Part shown: positions 47,301-59,507 of the stretch, piece by piece
Position numbering within the stretch: the first letter of the stretch is position 1
How the letters are laid out: each line of letters starts with the position of its first letter
NCBI RefSeq assembly: GCF_963921235.1
Contig: NC_086109.1
Coordinates: forward strand, 8,682,001-8,746,000
Direction: 5' to 3'
Length of the DNA: 64,000 nt
Source of the DNA: Mobula hypostoma
Lineage: Eukaryota
Program-made: the position numbers and the translations under genes
The notes under the pieces: model-generated
Told to the model about the DNA's origin: nothing
Database searches by the model: none
The model's input: only the letters and a program-made list of their open reading frames with translations

Positions 47301-48129
47301 TTCACAACCTCCTCTGCTTCTGGGGCAGTGCCTCCTGTAGATGTTCTCAGTGGTGGGCAGGGCTGTGCTCTATCCACCACGCTCCGCAGCCTCTTCTCTT
47401 TTAGATTGTCAGAATTCTTGTGCCAGGCCGTGACGCAACCTGACAGGATACCTTTAACAGTCGATCTCTAGAAATTTTTTTAGACTATTTGCTGACATCC
47501 AAATCTCCTTAAACTGCTAAGTAACATTGGTGCTGGGCCCGGGACAAGCCTTTCAAAATGTTAACGTCCAATGCAATATCACATTTCCCAGACGTATCTT
47601 AAAAATTTTCAAGTCACCCTTCCAGATTCCTAGAAATACCCACCTAGCATGTGTTTAATTTTTGTTCAAAGGTCCAATGTTCATTTATTATCAAAGTATA
47701 CAACTCTGAAATTCTTCAATTCTGTGCTTTGATCCAAGGCTCTTCCAGCCCATGGGTGAATCAATCCAGTTTTTCGTTAATTTTCTAGCTACCTGTTCCT
47801 TTCTATTTTTAGACTTGAATGAAAATTCAAGTTTATTGAACGGAAACACTCCATTTTAGCTGACAGCAAAGAGGGATCTGCATAACCTACTGAACTCAAT
47901 CAAATGAAACTCTACTACAGAGTTCTACAGATGGACTGAGAAACTGAGAGAAAGAATGATGACACTGGTGAAATACAGTGACAACTTACTGGCAGCAAAC
48001 AGAACTACTAAATACTATACTAATCACACATTTTCTGGAAAACAGTCAATGCAGTCAATAGCCTGCAACTTCCCTTTTGGAGATGAGTTTTTGAACTGCC
48101 TGTATGATCTGGCATTTTTGTGGTGAACT

Positions 48130-48705
48130 GAAGACTCAAAGGCGCAGGACTGTTGCAGCCCAGCGTGTGGGATGGATTGAGTTGACGGGGCCTGGGCACC
48201 AGGGCGAGGAACGAGCCAATGTACAGCCATTGCTGGAGCAGACTCGGAGCCGACCGTAGCGGTGGCTCCAAGGTGAGGCGGAGTCGAGGCAGCAGGGCCC
48301 GTGTCCTAGAGGAACAAGCCGATGTTTGGCCAATTTGACCACGGTCAGAGTGTCAAGGCCGTAGGTTAGGGATGGGCTGGCGTTCAGCTCGCTGCTTGGC
48401 AAGGTTTACTCGGCTCTGTGCTGAACTGAGGCTGTGGCCTGCAGCTAACGGGCTCCTCGATCGGCTGTGACTGGCTTCCTGGCTGTGAACTCACTTTCAT
48501 GAACTTTGGCTCTCAATGCTTTTTTGCTACTTTTGTTTTTTTGCACAATTTTTTTCTTTTTCTCTTGCACATTGGGTGTTTGCCGGTCTTCTTTTTAAAT
48601 GGGTTCTGTTGGGTTTCTTTGTTTTGTGGCTGCACAAAAACAAATCTCGAGGTTGTATATAGTATACATACTTTGATGATTAATGTACTTGAAACTTTGA
48701 ACTTT
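48130..48705 (+). mobile_element. Non-coding retroposon with (TTTGAAC)n-type tail. Related minus-strand pieces at about 12840-13180, 25990-26460, 57075-58610 (interrupted)
   Basis: Shared 3' block ...AATCTC.AGGTTGTAT....ATACAT.CTTTGA....AATGTACTT.GAAC. Confidence 0.55.
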
Positions 48706-49479
48706 GGATGTCAGGGGTAGGTTTTTTGCACAGAGAGTGGTGAGTGCATGGAACACCTTGCCAAAGGTGGTAGTGGAGGCAGATACAATACAACCACTTA
48801 AGAAACTCCTAGATAGGCATATAGATGGCAGAAAAATCTCCTATGTGGGAAGGAAGGGTTAGATTGATCTTAGAGTAGGTTAAAAAAGTTGGCACAGCGT
48901 TATGAGCCAAAAGGCCTATACTGTGCTGTACTGTTCTATGTTCTAAACGATGCACTTGTTCAGCCAGTTGAAGAAACAGCTGGTTAAATTGGTGGTGTCT
49001 GCGGCCAAATCAGGATTATTGTGATTGTGCAGGCGGTGATGTGCCTAATGGAGCTGCGGTTCACAATGGTTTCTTATGTTTAATCCCACTCTCGCTCCTG
49101 CTGCGGACTGGCTATGCTTTGAGACTGGCTGCTTTGGCAGGCTGGAGCGATTTGATCCCGTTCAACCACAGTTTGAACACCATATCCCCAAAGGAACATA
49201 TGCCACAAGAACAGATGTGATAGGTAGGCATTCGTCACTTCAGCCAAACAGAAGCCCAGATGGGCTGGGGCAGACAAGTATTTCAAAAACAGATCTAAAC
49301 TTAAAAATAAAAATAGTCAGGTGGATAAGCATACACTAATCTGTTTCTTATTTACTTTTAAACCAGTTTTGCATTCATCTGTGAAAGCAAATGATTTGAA
49401 ATAACCTCCTCTTAAAAAATACGCTCTAAAAACTAACGTACACAAAAAGAAACTTTAAATTGCAGGGCATTTTATCACA

Positions 49480-50060
49480 GTACACGCCCTTTAAGCTCTA
49501 GAACAATAACATCAAAGATCCTTACGAAACAATTTGAGGATCATCTGGAAGGACAGATGGACTAACACCAGCGTCCCGGAGGAGGCCAACACGAACAACA
49601 TCTCCACCTCGATAAAGCAACACCAACTCCGTGTCATTCAGATGCCGAACTCACATCTCCCCAAACCGATCCTTTGCCCCCCAGTGGAAGGAAGGTCAGC
49701 GAGCCCCTGGCGGGCAAATGAAGCATGTCAAAAATAGCATCAAAATCAGCCTGAAGAAATTCAGCATGACATCTTAAAAAACCCGGAAGGCATTGCACTC
49801 AAGAGATACCCTGGGAGGAAATCTGTTCAAGAGGGAGACGCGCCTCCATTGTGTCACAGAGAGCAAGCAGCGGCTGCGGAAGGAGAGACTGAGCAGCCCA
49901 AAGACCCAGCCGCTAACCACAGCCACTGCTTACTCTTGCCCACACTGCACCAGAGTATGTGGATCCCAGATCGGCCTCTGCAGACACTTGAGGACCCACC
50001 AGTGGACAACCCCTGAGGAGATCTTCATACCTGACTCAAGTGATTACACTGCTACTACAG
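49480..50060 (+). mobile_element. RTE-clade LINE 3' fragment with terminal C2H2 zinc finger
   Basis: RIIWKDRWTNTSVPEEA..., QMPNSHLPKPIL, YSCPHCTRVCGSQIGLCRHLRTH. Confidence 0.8.
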
Positions 50061-51704
50061 GGCCTTTGTTCCACAGGGTCGTGCCACCTTTTAAAATACT
50101 CTGAGATCAATCTAGCTTTTCCCTCCTACACAACCTTCTACTTTCCTATCGTCCATGCACCTACCTAGGAGATTCCTAAATGTCCCTAATGTATCTGCCT
50201 CTACCACCACCCCTGGCAGGGCGTTCCACACACCCACCACTCTCTGTGTAAAATACTTACCTCTAACATCCTTCCTATACTTTACTCCAGTCACCTTAAA
50301 ATTACAACCCCCCATATTAACTATTTCTGCCCCAGGAAAAAGTCTCTGGTTATCCAATCGATCTATGCCTCTTACCATCTTATACGCTGCTATCAAATCA
50401 GCTGTCCCCCTCCTTCACTCCCCTAGCTCGCTCAACCTATCCTCATAAGATATCTCTCTAATCCAAACAGCATCCTGATAAATCTCTTGAAATCATCTCC
50501 TCTTAAAAATATACTTTGAAAACTAAGACAAAAATATTTTTATCTTTCCAACCGAGCTTTACATACTGAGCTTCAATGGGGAAAAAGTGGTCTCTGAATA
50601 TGATTTTTTTATTTTTAATTTATTGAGATACTGTGTGGAATGGGCCCTCCCATCCCTTTGAGCCAATCAGCAATCCCTGATTTAATCCTAGCCTAATCAC
50701 AGAGCAATTAACTCCTACCAACCAGGAGGTCTTTGGACTGTGGGAGGAAACTGGAGCACCCGGAGGAAACCCACGCGGTCACGGGGAGAACGTACACGCT
50801 CCTTACGGGCAGCGGCGGGAATTGAACCCGGGTCGCTGGTACTGTGAACCTGATGTTGCAAAGGGGCAGGCACAAAGATCCGTAGCTCTTCCAGAGACAC
50901 GGACAGAGATGGGTTGGTCACAGTGAGCTAGGAAAGGGCTTGAGATGGAGGGATTCAAACACGGTGGACCCCCATGTGACAACCAGTCCTGTGTGTCAGT
51001 GAGCAGGGCGGAAGGGCGTTGTAGATAGTGCAGCTCCGCGTGAGGAACTGCGATACAGGGACAGCTCAGCCTTTTCTCCTTACCAAGGGGTGATCTCACA
51101 GAGGTGTGTAAAGTTCTGAGGGCCAGAGCTAGGCTAAGCTAGGCCCAGGATTGTTGAATTAAAAAACTAGAGGACACAGTTTTGAGGTTAGAGGTGAAGG
51201 GGTCATTAGGAACTGGAGGGCAACTTATTTACCCTCGGAACCAGCTGCCAGAGGAAGTGGTTGAGGCAGGTACATTAAATATGGTACTGTATATGGACGT
51301 TTAGAGGGATTTGGGCCAAGTGCTGGGAAACGGGATTAGCTTGAAATTCCATCCTGGTCAACATGGATACATATGGGCTGAAGGACTTTTTTCCATGCTC
51401 TTTGACTCTATACGTGCTTCAGATCAGAATCGGGCTTATTATCACTGATACGTGACATGAAATTTGTTGTTTTGTGGCAGCAGTACAGTGCAAGACACAA
51501 AAGTAACTACTATAAATACAATGCAATAGTCACCTTATAACCTTACGACCTATGAACATATTAACAAATAAGCAAATATTTTGTTTAGTTCTCTGGCCTC
51601 TTTTCACTGAGATATTGATTGCTCCAAAGAAACAATCAATTAATTGCTGATTATTTTATTGCAAGGTACAATGAACCGATTTAAGTATTTGTCACTTATT
51701 AATT

Positions 51705-51876
51705 GATTCTTTAAGGTTGTCATAGCCAGGGGTGGTAATGGGGACAAGCTCCCACTACCTATTAAATGCTCCCAATGGCATGCATCTCAAATAGCCCCTG
51801 ACAACCAAGTCCAGCTCCTGGCCTTCAGGTGTGACTTAGCCACTAAGCCAGGTGGAACCATTTCTACTGACAGGAG
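51705..51876 (+). ncRNA. Candidate HDV/CPEB3-like ribozyme, degenerate copy
   Basis: P2 CTCCTG(51815-20)/CAGGAG(51871-76); P3 GCC/GGT; L3 TTCAGGT; P1 3' GGAACC(51854-59); C51867-TGA before P2'. P1 5' is GATTCT here and GGTTCC in the second copy. Confidence 0.5.
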
Positions 51877-52285
51877 AAGGAGCAAAGGTGGGTTACTGGC
51901 GCCTTAAAACCAGTCGCTTCGTGCAGAATGGGGCTCGTAGGCTGAGGCTGCAGCTCACCAAGGAGAAGGAAAGCTCTGATTTGAGACCTCCACTGCCTTT
52001 CAGCAAAGGCCGCTCATAAGGAAGGCCTTGGGCGCAAACAGCGAGGGAAAGATCCAGAGCTGGAGTCCCTAAGGCTGAGCTCAATACCGACTGGCAACTC
52101 CAGCAATGCCACTGGTGCCAAACTGTGTCGGTCTCTGCCATCCCATTGGATTCATCAGCTGCGTGGAGAGAGGGGGCCTGCTGCATGGGCAACAGCTCGC
52201 CCTCCATATTGAACAGCCCTGGCTTGCGTATTGAACAACATCAGCAACTGGGATACAACATCCACGGTCAACCCCGACCAACCAG
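51705..52285 (+). mobile_element. RTE-type non-autonomous element with candidate 5' HDV-like ribozyme
   Basis: Collinear with 33603-34190; see ribozyme feature. Confidence 0.75.
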
Positions 52286-52355
52286 AGGTCTCGAGTTTGG
52301 GAGTTGTGTTGGGCACAAAGAGAAATACGAGTAAACATGGGTAAAGAAAAGCACT

Positions 52356-52605
52356 AACACGAGGAAATCTGCAGATGCTGGAATTTCAAGCAACACACAC
52401 AAAAGTTGCTGGTGAACGCAGCAGGCCAGGCAGCATCTCTAGGAAGAGGTACAGTCGACGTTTCGGGCCGAGACCCTTCGTCAGGACTAACTCACTAATT
52501 CGTCGTTAGTCCTGACGAAGGGTCTCGGCCTGAAACGTCGACTGTACCTCTTCCTAGAGATGCTACCTGGCCTGCTGCGTTCACCAGCAACTTTTGTGTG
52601 TTGCT
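52356..52605. mobile_element. Young Penelope-derived fold-back insertion with a hammerhead motif on each strand
   Basis: ~105-bp near-perfect inverted arms, 13-nt spacer, 14-bp TSD TAAAGAAAAGCACT (52342-52355, 52606-52619). Confidence 0.88.
52508..52544 (+). ncRNA. Minimal type I hammerhead motif; mirror copy with perfect stem II on minus at ~52452-52488
   Basis: AGTC CTGACGA AGGGTCTCGGCC(T/C) GAAAC GTC GACT. Confidence 0.75.
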
Positions 52606-55384
52606 TAAAGAAAAGCACTTATACAATACAGTAAGTTTCAAAGTTCAAAGTAAATTAATTATCGGAGTATATTACTGAGGCTATATACAACCCTGAGATC
52701 CATTGTCTTGCAGGCAACCACAGTAGAACAGAGAAATACAATAGAATCAATGAAAAACTGCTCACAAAGACCAACAAATAACCAGTGTGCAAAATAAGAC
52801 AAGTTATGCATATACAAAACAGAGAGACAGATAGATACTGTAGATCATAGTGAGAACATGAGTTGTAGGGTCAAAGAGATAGTCTCACGAACACACCTTG
52901 TGTTTTTTTTTCCCAGCTGTTTTCTATTTTGTCTGTTAATTGATGTATTTGGTTGGTTTCTAACTCTTCTGGCTGACTACACACTGGAACAATATCGCAT
53001 GCCCCACTACACCAGACTGTTGGAGGTAGCCTTGCATTAAGCTTCACCGCTTTCTAGGGCAAAACATACCTTCACAGGATAAACAACTTCATTTGGGAAG
53101 CAAAGACCATAGAAAAAGTAGACTGTTCCTTGCATTGGTAAGTCTATATCAAGCTCGTGTTACTGAGTTAGTCGTTGATAAGATGCCTTCTGGCACTCTC
53201 TCGGATTCATCGAAGTACACCATGGGTCAGCGCGGTAGTGTAGTGGCTGGCACATTGCTTTACAGCACTAGTGATCAGGGTTCAGTCCCCGTCACTGCCA
53301 GGAAGGAGCTTGTTCGTTCTTCCTATGAGCGTGTGGGTCCCACATTCCAAAGAGGTACGGATTAGGGTTAGCAAGTCTTGGGCATGGTATATTGATGCTG
53401 GAAGCATGGTAACACTTGCGGGCTGACCCCAGCATATCCTCAGGCTGCATAGGTTGTAAACACAAATGACGCATTTCATTGTATGTTTCGAGCTGCATGT
53501 AATAAATAATGAAAATGAAAATCCAGTCGCGGTCATTCCAAATGCAAGCAATGAGGAAAACAGTACAGAGTACAGAACATAGTTGCCGCGCAAGTTGATG
53601 GGCTGGTTAAGAAAACGTGTTGGCCTTCACCGGTCGGCGATAGAGTTCAAGAGCCATGAGGTACTGTTGTGGTGGTGGTTGTCCAGCGTGTTCGACGATC
53701 TCAGGAAACTTGTGCAAGAGTTTGTAAAGTTACACTTTCTCAACCCCATAAGTTTGGTTCAGGTGGTACAAACAAGTGTCACAAACTGGGGTCTTCCTTG
53801 GTCAAAGTGGCTTTATAAAACCCTGGTTAGACCACACTTGGAATATTCTGTTCAGTTCTGGTCACTGCTTTACAGGAAGGATGTGGAAGCTTTAGAGAGG
53901 ATGCAGAGGAGATTTACCAGGATGCTGCCTGGTTTAGTGAGCATGTGTTATGAGTGAGTAGAGCTTTTCTCTTTGGAGCCAAAAAAAGGATGAGAGGTAG
54001 CTTGCCAGGTGTACAAGATGAGGAGAGGCATAGATTGAGTGAACAGGAGAGTATCCTGAGTGGTTACATATAGCTTGGTATAGAAACACTGATACCCAGG
54101 AATGGAGAATTCTACCGAAAGTAGTAAATACAGCCCAGTCTATCATAGGCAAAGACCTCCTCACTGTTGAGTGCATTTACATGGAGCACGGCATCCATCA
54201 TTAAAGATCTCCACCATCCTGGACTTGCTGTCTTCTCGCTGCTGCCATTAGGAAGGAGGTACAGGAACCTTAGGTCCCACACCACCAGATGCTATTACCC
54301 TACAACCATCACGTTCCTGAACCAGTGTGGATAACTTTATCTATTTACTTATTGAGATACTGTGCAGAGTAGACCCTTCTGGCCCTTCGAGTCGTGCTGC
54401 GCAGCAACGCCCGATTTAACCCCAGCCTAATCGCAGGACAGTTTGCAGTGACCAATTAACCCACTACACTTATGTCAGCTCTGAGCGTGCACAATTTGCC
54501 TTCTTTTGCACAATGGCTGTTTATCAGTCTTTCCTTGTGTATAGATTTCACAAGTTCCATTGCATCTCTTCATTTTCATGTAAATGCCCGCAAGAAAATG
54601 AAGCTCAAGGTAGGGTATTTTGATATATGACTACCTTAATAATAAACCTACTTTGAACTTGGCTTTGACTTTTCCCCATTGTGAAAATAGCTAATACGAA
54701 AGGCCATTGGTTTAAGGAAGGTATGTGGGGGGGGGTGCAGTCTGAGGTAATTTTTTTACACAGAAAGTGGAGGGTGCATTCAACGCACTGCCGAGGGTTG
54801 AGTCAGATATATGAGGAATATTTTAAAAACACTGATATAAGCATATGGATAATTGAAAAATGGAGTATTATGTAGGAAGAAAGTGTTAGATTGACCTTAG
54901 AATAGGCTAAAAGGACAACACAACAATGTGGGCCAAAGGGCCTGTGCTGTGCTATAATGTTCTATGTTCTATATAGTGTTGCATTTACAGACAAAGTGCA
55001 CTGCAGGTAGATAACTAACTTTCAAGGGCCCTCATGAGGTGGAGGGAGAGATCAAGAAATCAAATTGAAAGTCAAAATGGAGTCATTGCCATGTGCACAG
55101 GCGCATGACGCTATTACAGTCTGGGGCGTCGCAGCTCAGAGACCAATTCTGGCGTCATCTGTGAGAAGGTTTGTATATTATTCCCATGATTGTGTGGGTC
55201 TTCTCCAGGTGCTCCGGTTTCCCCCCACGGTCTGAAGACGTACCGGTTAGGAGGTTAATTGGTCATTGTAAATTTTCCCATGATTAGGCCAGGGCTAAAT
55301 GGGGGGAGGGGGTTGTTGGACAGTGCAGCTTGGTGGGCCAGAAGGGTCTGTTCTGAGCTGTATTGCTAAATAAAATAAAACAGA

Positions 55385-56329
55385 GACCTCTGCTGTTTGT
55401 GATGTACATAAATGACCTGGATAAAAATGTAGATGAGTGGGTTAGTAAGTTTGCAGATGATGCCAAAATTGGTGGAGTTGTGGATAGTGTAGAGGACTGG
55501 CAAAGAACCCAGCGCAATGTAGATCAGTTGCAGATATGGGCAAAGAAATGGCAGATGGAGTTTAACCCAGATAAATGTGAGGTGTTGCACCTTAGTAGGG
55601 CAAATGCAAGGAGACAGTACACTGCTAAGGGCAAGATCCTTATCAGTGTTGCTGAGCAGAGAGATCTTGGGATTCAAATTCATAGCTCCAGTAAAGAGGC
55701 TACACAGGTTAAAAATAGAGTAGTTAAGAAGGCTTGCTTTTGTTAGTTGAATCCTTGAGTTTAAAGTCAAGAGGTTATGTTGCAACTTTAAAAAACTCTG
55801 GTTAGGCCACATCTGGCGTATTGCACACATTTCTGGTTGCCCCACTAGAGGAAGGATGTTGAGGCTTTGGAGAGGGTGCAGAAAAGGTTTACCAAGTTTA
55901 GAGGGCATGTGCTATCATAAGAAGCTGGATAAACTTGTGTTGTTTTCTCTGGAGCGTTGAAGGTGGTGAGGAGATCTGATAGAGGTTTACAAGATTATGA
56001 GAGGCATAGACAGAGTAGACAGGGAGTATCTGTTTCCCAAGGTAGAAATGTCTAATACCAGAGGGCATACATTGAAGGTGAGAGGGTGTAGGTTCAAGGG
56101 GACACGAGGGGTAAGTTTTTTTTAACTCAGAAAGTTGTGGATGCCTGGTATGATGGTAGAGACAAATCCATTAGAGGCTTTTAAGAGACATTCAGACAGG
56201 CACGTGAATGTGAGGAAGATGGAGGGATATGGACATTGTGTTGGTAGGAGGGATTCGTTTTTGTTTATTCTTTAATTTACTTTTAGCTGAGGTGGCATAA
56301 CATTGTGGCTAAAGGGCCTGTTCCTTTGC

Positions 56330-56335
<6 letters not shown>
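55385..56335 (+). mobile_element. Decayed CR1 RT-to-3' fragment
   Basis: PLLFVMYINDLD...SKFADDAKIGG...WQMEFNPDKCEVLH, then stops and frameshifts. Confidence 0.9.
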
Positions 56336-56361
<26 letters not shown>

Positions 56362-56366
<5 letters not shown>

Positions 56367-56787
56367 TATCCATCCCATAGGATGATGATGGTACCCCACT
56401 CCTCAGAAAGGAACAGCGTGTGCGTGAGTGGATTTTAGGTGAGTAGCGGGTTGCACAGGTCCAGACCCATGCTCTCGACATCCCCTCCCGGATCCAGCGG
56501 CATGCTGGGGTCCAAGACGGCTCGGAGAAGTTCCATTGCAGTAAATGCTTCGATGCAAGGGATGTCCTTTCTGCGCTTCACGGCATGTGTTTGCTAGACG
56601 GCCGTTGACCCTAACAGAGGGTTCATCCGCCCTTTGATAGGTCTAGTTTTTTTGTCCTGCAGGGTGTCTAGCCACCCTCCTCACCAGGCAAGCCCGGTGC
56701 GGGAGCCGGTTTAGTCGCCAACCACCCGACCATGCGACAGGTAGTACTGGGTTACATGGTACCAGTAGCACTCAGACCAGTGACCAT
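56362..56787 (-). mobile_element. Bipartite non-autonomous RTE element (AviRTE-like 5' UTR and tail) ending in (GA)n
   Basis: 3' end ACCATCATCATCCTATGGGATGGATAACC(AG)n is RTE-type; structured GC-rich 5' part. Confidence 0.6.
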
Positions 56788-57279
56788 AGTACACCTCTTG
56801 CTGTACTATGATCTAAATAAAGTACACGTATGCACAGGTGCAACGAAAAACTTACTGGCATCATCATTGCATAACATCAGATAAGCAGTATTCACAAGAA
56901 AAAAGATAAGCATAAATTACACAACATTTTTGATGCTCTTTATCATACAAGAGGTACATTCAAGAGTATTACAACAGTGGGATAGAAACTGTCCAGCCTG
57001 GTGATGTGTGATCTCAGGCGTTTTTATCATCTCCTGATGGGATGGAAGGGAGAATGTCCGATTGGTTCAATGGTCCCTCATAGTATCAGAGAATGTATGC
57101 ATTATACAACCTGGTATTCTTATTATTCACAGACATCCTCAAAACAGAAGGAAAAATACCCAAAGAAAGAACGGCAGAAAAAATGTAAGAACCCCAAAGC
57201 CCCTGCCCCCCTCCCACGCACAAATAGCAGCAAAAAATCAACCCTCCCCCCCACTTAATCTAACATAATTTTTTTAATA

Positions 57280-57580
57280 GGCATCTGTTAGTCTCATGAG
57301 ACCATGGATCTGCGCCATGGAAGGTTTTCCAGGGTGCAAGCCTGGGCAAGGTTGTGTGGAAGACCGGCAGTTGCCCATGTTGCAAGTCTCCCCTCTCCAC
57401 GCCACCGATGTTGTCCAAGGGAAGGGCATTAGGACCCATACAGCTTGGCACCAGTGTCGTCGCAGAGCACTGTGTGGTTAAGTGCCTTGCTCAAGGACAC
57501 AACACGCTGCCTCACCAAAGGCTCGAACTAGCGACCTCGAGATCACTAGACGAACACCTTAACCACTTGGCCACGCACCA
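57280..57580 (-). mobile_element. tRNA-head CORE-like SINE with RTE-type tail
   Basis: A box TGGCCAAGTGG, B box GTTCGAGCC, CORE-like GTGTCCTTGAGCAAGGCACTTAACC. Confidence 0.75.
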
Positions 57581-58832
57581 ACATCTAGCATACTAGAAAT
57601 ATAGAAAACCTACAGCACAATACAGGCCCTTCGCCCCACAAAGCTGCGCCGAACATGTCCGTACCTTAGAGATCACCTAGGGTTACCCATAGCCGTCTAT
57701 CTTTCTGAGCTCCATATAGCAACATTACTCTCAGCTCCTAAACTCAATCCCATGATTGATGAAGGCCAATGCATGGTATGCCTTCTTAACCACAGAGTCA
57801 ACCTGTGTAGCAGCTTTCAGTATCCTATGGACTCGGACCCCAAGTTCCCTCTGATCCTCCACACTGCCAAGAGTCTTACCATTAATACTATAATCTGTCA
57901 TCATATTTGACCTACCAAAATGAACCACCCCACACTTATCTGGGTTGAACTCCATCTGCCACTTCTCAGCCTCAGCCAAGTCCTTTCAATGCCCGCTGTA
58001 ACCTCTGACAGCCCTCCACACTATCCAAGTGTTCATGAATCCTGCCTGTCAGGATCTTCTCCATCAGCTTACCAACCATGCGTCAGCATTTCTACCACCC
58101 ACCATTCAAGCCACAGCAAAGCCCCCAAAGAGAGACCCTGGTATACAGTACACCAAAAACTAACAATTATAAATGCTAAATTAAAAATATAACTAATTAT
58201 AACATCTAAAAACACTAACAATTCAACATTCAAAAACAAGAGAGAGAGACACATATCACTCCTTCCACAGCGAGGGGGGAGACAGTCGCTGTTTCGATGT
58301 TGCAGTCACAGTCTGAAGCGTCACTTTTTACTTCGAGTTCCCCGACTCGAGAATCAGCACCAAACTCTCACTCACCATCGAGGGTGAGAGGGTGATCATC
58401 CGAGCACAGGGTTCCCTGACGGCCTCCCTCGCTGTCCCGAAGTACGGGCTCCCCGTGGCGCTCCAGTTCGCGACACCGGTGGGAATCCACGTCCACAACG
58501 CCACACCCCGAGGACACTCGGCTCCAGGACATGCCCGGACACATCAGAAACGTAGCGAGCTCCAAGAACGGGAATGTGCCGCTGTGCAGAACCGCAGTCT
58601 GGTTATTATGTTGGTTGCTTCCCTGAGGTAGCGGGAAGTGGGAATTGGAGATCTTCCCTTCATAAGAAAGGCTTGTGATCTCTTACCTGCTCAGAGTGCA
58701 GATAGGTCTCGATGTAATCTCTCATTGAAGAGGCATCGTTTCCACAAGGATGACACTTCCTCAAGGCCACGTAGACTTTAGAACACAAACCTTGGGACTG
58801 TGACTTAGACCACTACCACACTCTCAAAAGCC

Positions 58833-59507
58833 AAAAACACAAGGGATTCTGCAGATGCTGGAAATCCCGAGCAGCACACACAAAATCCTAGAGGAGCTCA
58901 ACAGGAGGGGAATAAGCAGTCAACGTTTCAGCCTGAGACCCGTCATCAGAACTGGAAAGGAAGGCAGCAGAAGCCAGAATGAGAAGGTGAGAGGAGGGGA
59001 CGGAAGGTGATAGGTGATAGGTGAAGCCAGGTGAGGAAGGTGGAAGGTCATAGGTGAAGCCAGGTGAGGGGGGTGGAAGGTCATAGGTGAAGCCAGGTGA
59101 GGGGGGTGGAAGGTGGGTAGTGGAGGTGGGATGAAGTAAGAAACTGGGAGTTGGTAGGACTGGAGAGTGGACCATGGGAGAAATGGAAGGAAGAGGGGTC
59201 TCAGAAGGATGTGATGAGAAAAATAAAGAGAAGAAAAGGGGTAAGAGGGGACCAGAATGGGGAATGGAAAAAGAGGGAAGGAAGAGAGGGAGAAATTACT
59301 GGAAGTTAGAGAAATCGATGTCTATGCCATCATGTTGGAGGCTACCCAGATGGAATGTAAGGTGTTTGTCCTCCATCCTGAGAGTGGCCTCATCATGGCG
59401 GTAGAGGAAGCCTTGGACTGACATGGCAGATTAGGAATGGGGAGGAGAATTAAAATGACTGGCCTCTGCGAAATCCTATCCGTTGTGGACGGAGCACAGG
59501 TGCACAA
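58833..59507 (-). mobile_element. Penelope-like element 3' fragment (GIY-YIG C-terminus, 3' UTR, hammerhead arm)
   Basis: Minus translation ASHFNSPPHS*SAMSVQGFLYRHDEATLRMEDKHLTFHLGSLQHDGIDIDFSNFQ*; CTGATGACGGGTCTCAGGCTGAAACGTTGAC at ~58919-58949. Confidence 0.85.
59017..59113 (+). repeat. Three tandem copies of a 33-bp unit
   Basis: ATAGGTGAAGCCAGGTGAGGGGGGTGGAAGGTC. Confidence 0.9.

Noticed and set aside
42949..48130. Plus-strand exons after acceptor-like sites at ~42949 and ~47812 (also ~19810)
   Set aside because: No convincing paired donor or recognisable open frame; isolated acceptor-like motifs are common.
57510..57580. tRNA gene
   Set aside because: A/B boxes belong to a SINE head continuing into CORE-like and tail sequence; no convincing cloverleaf.
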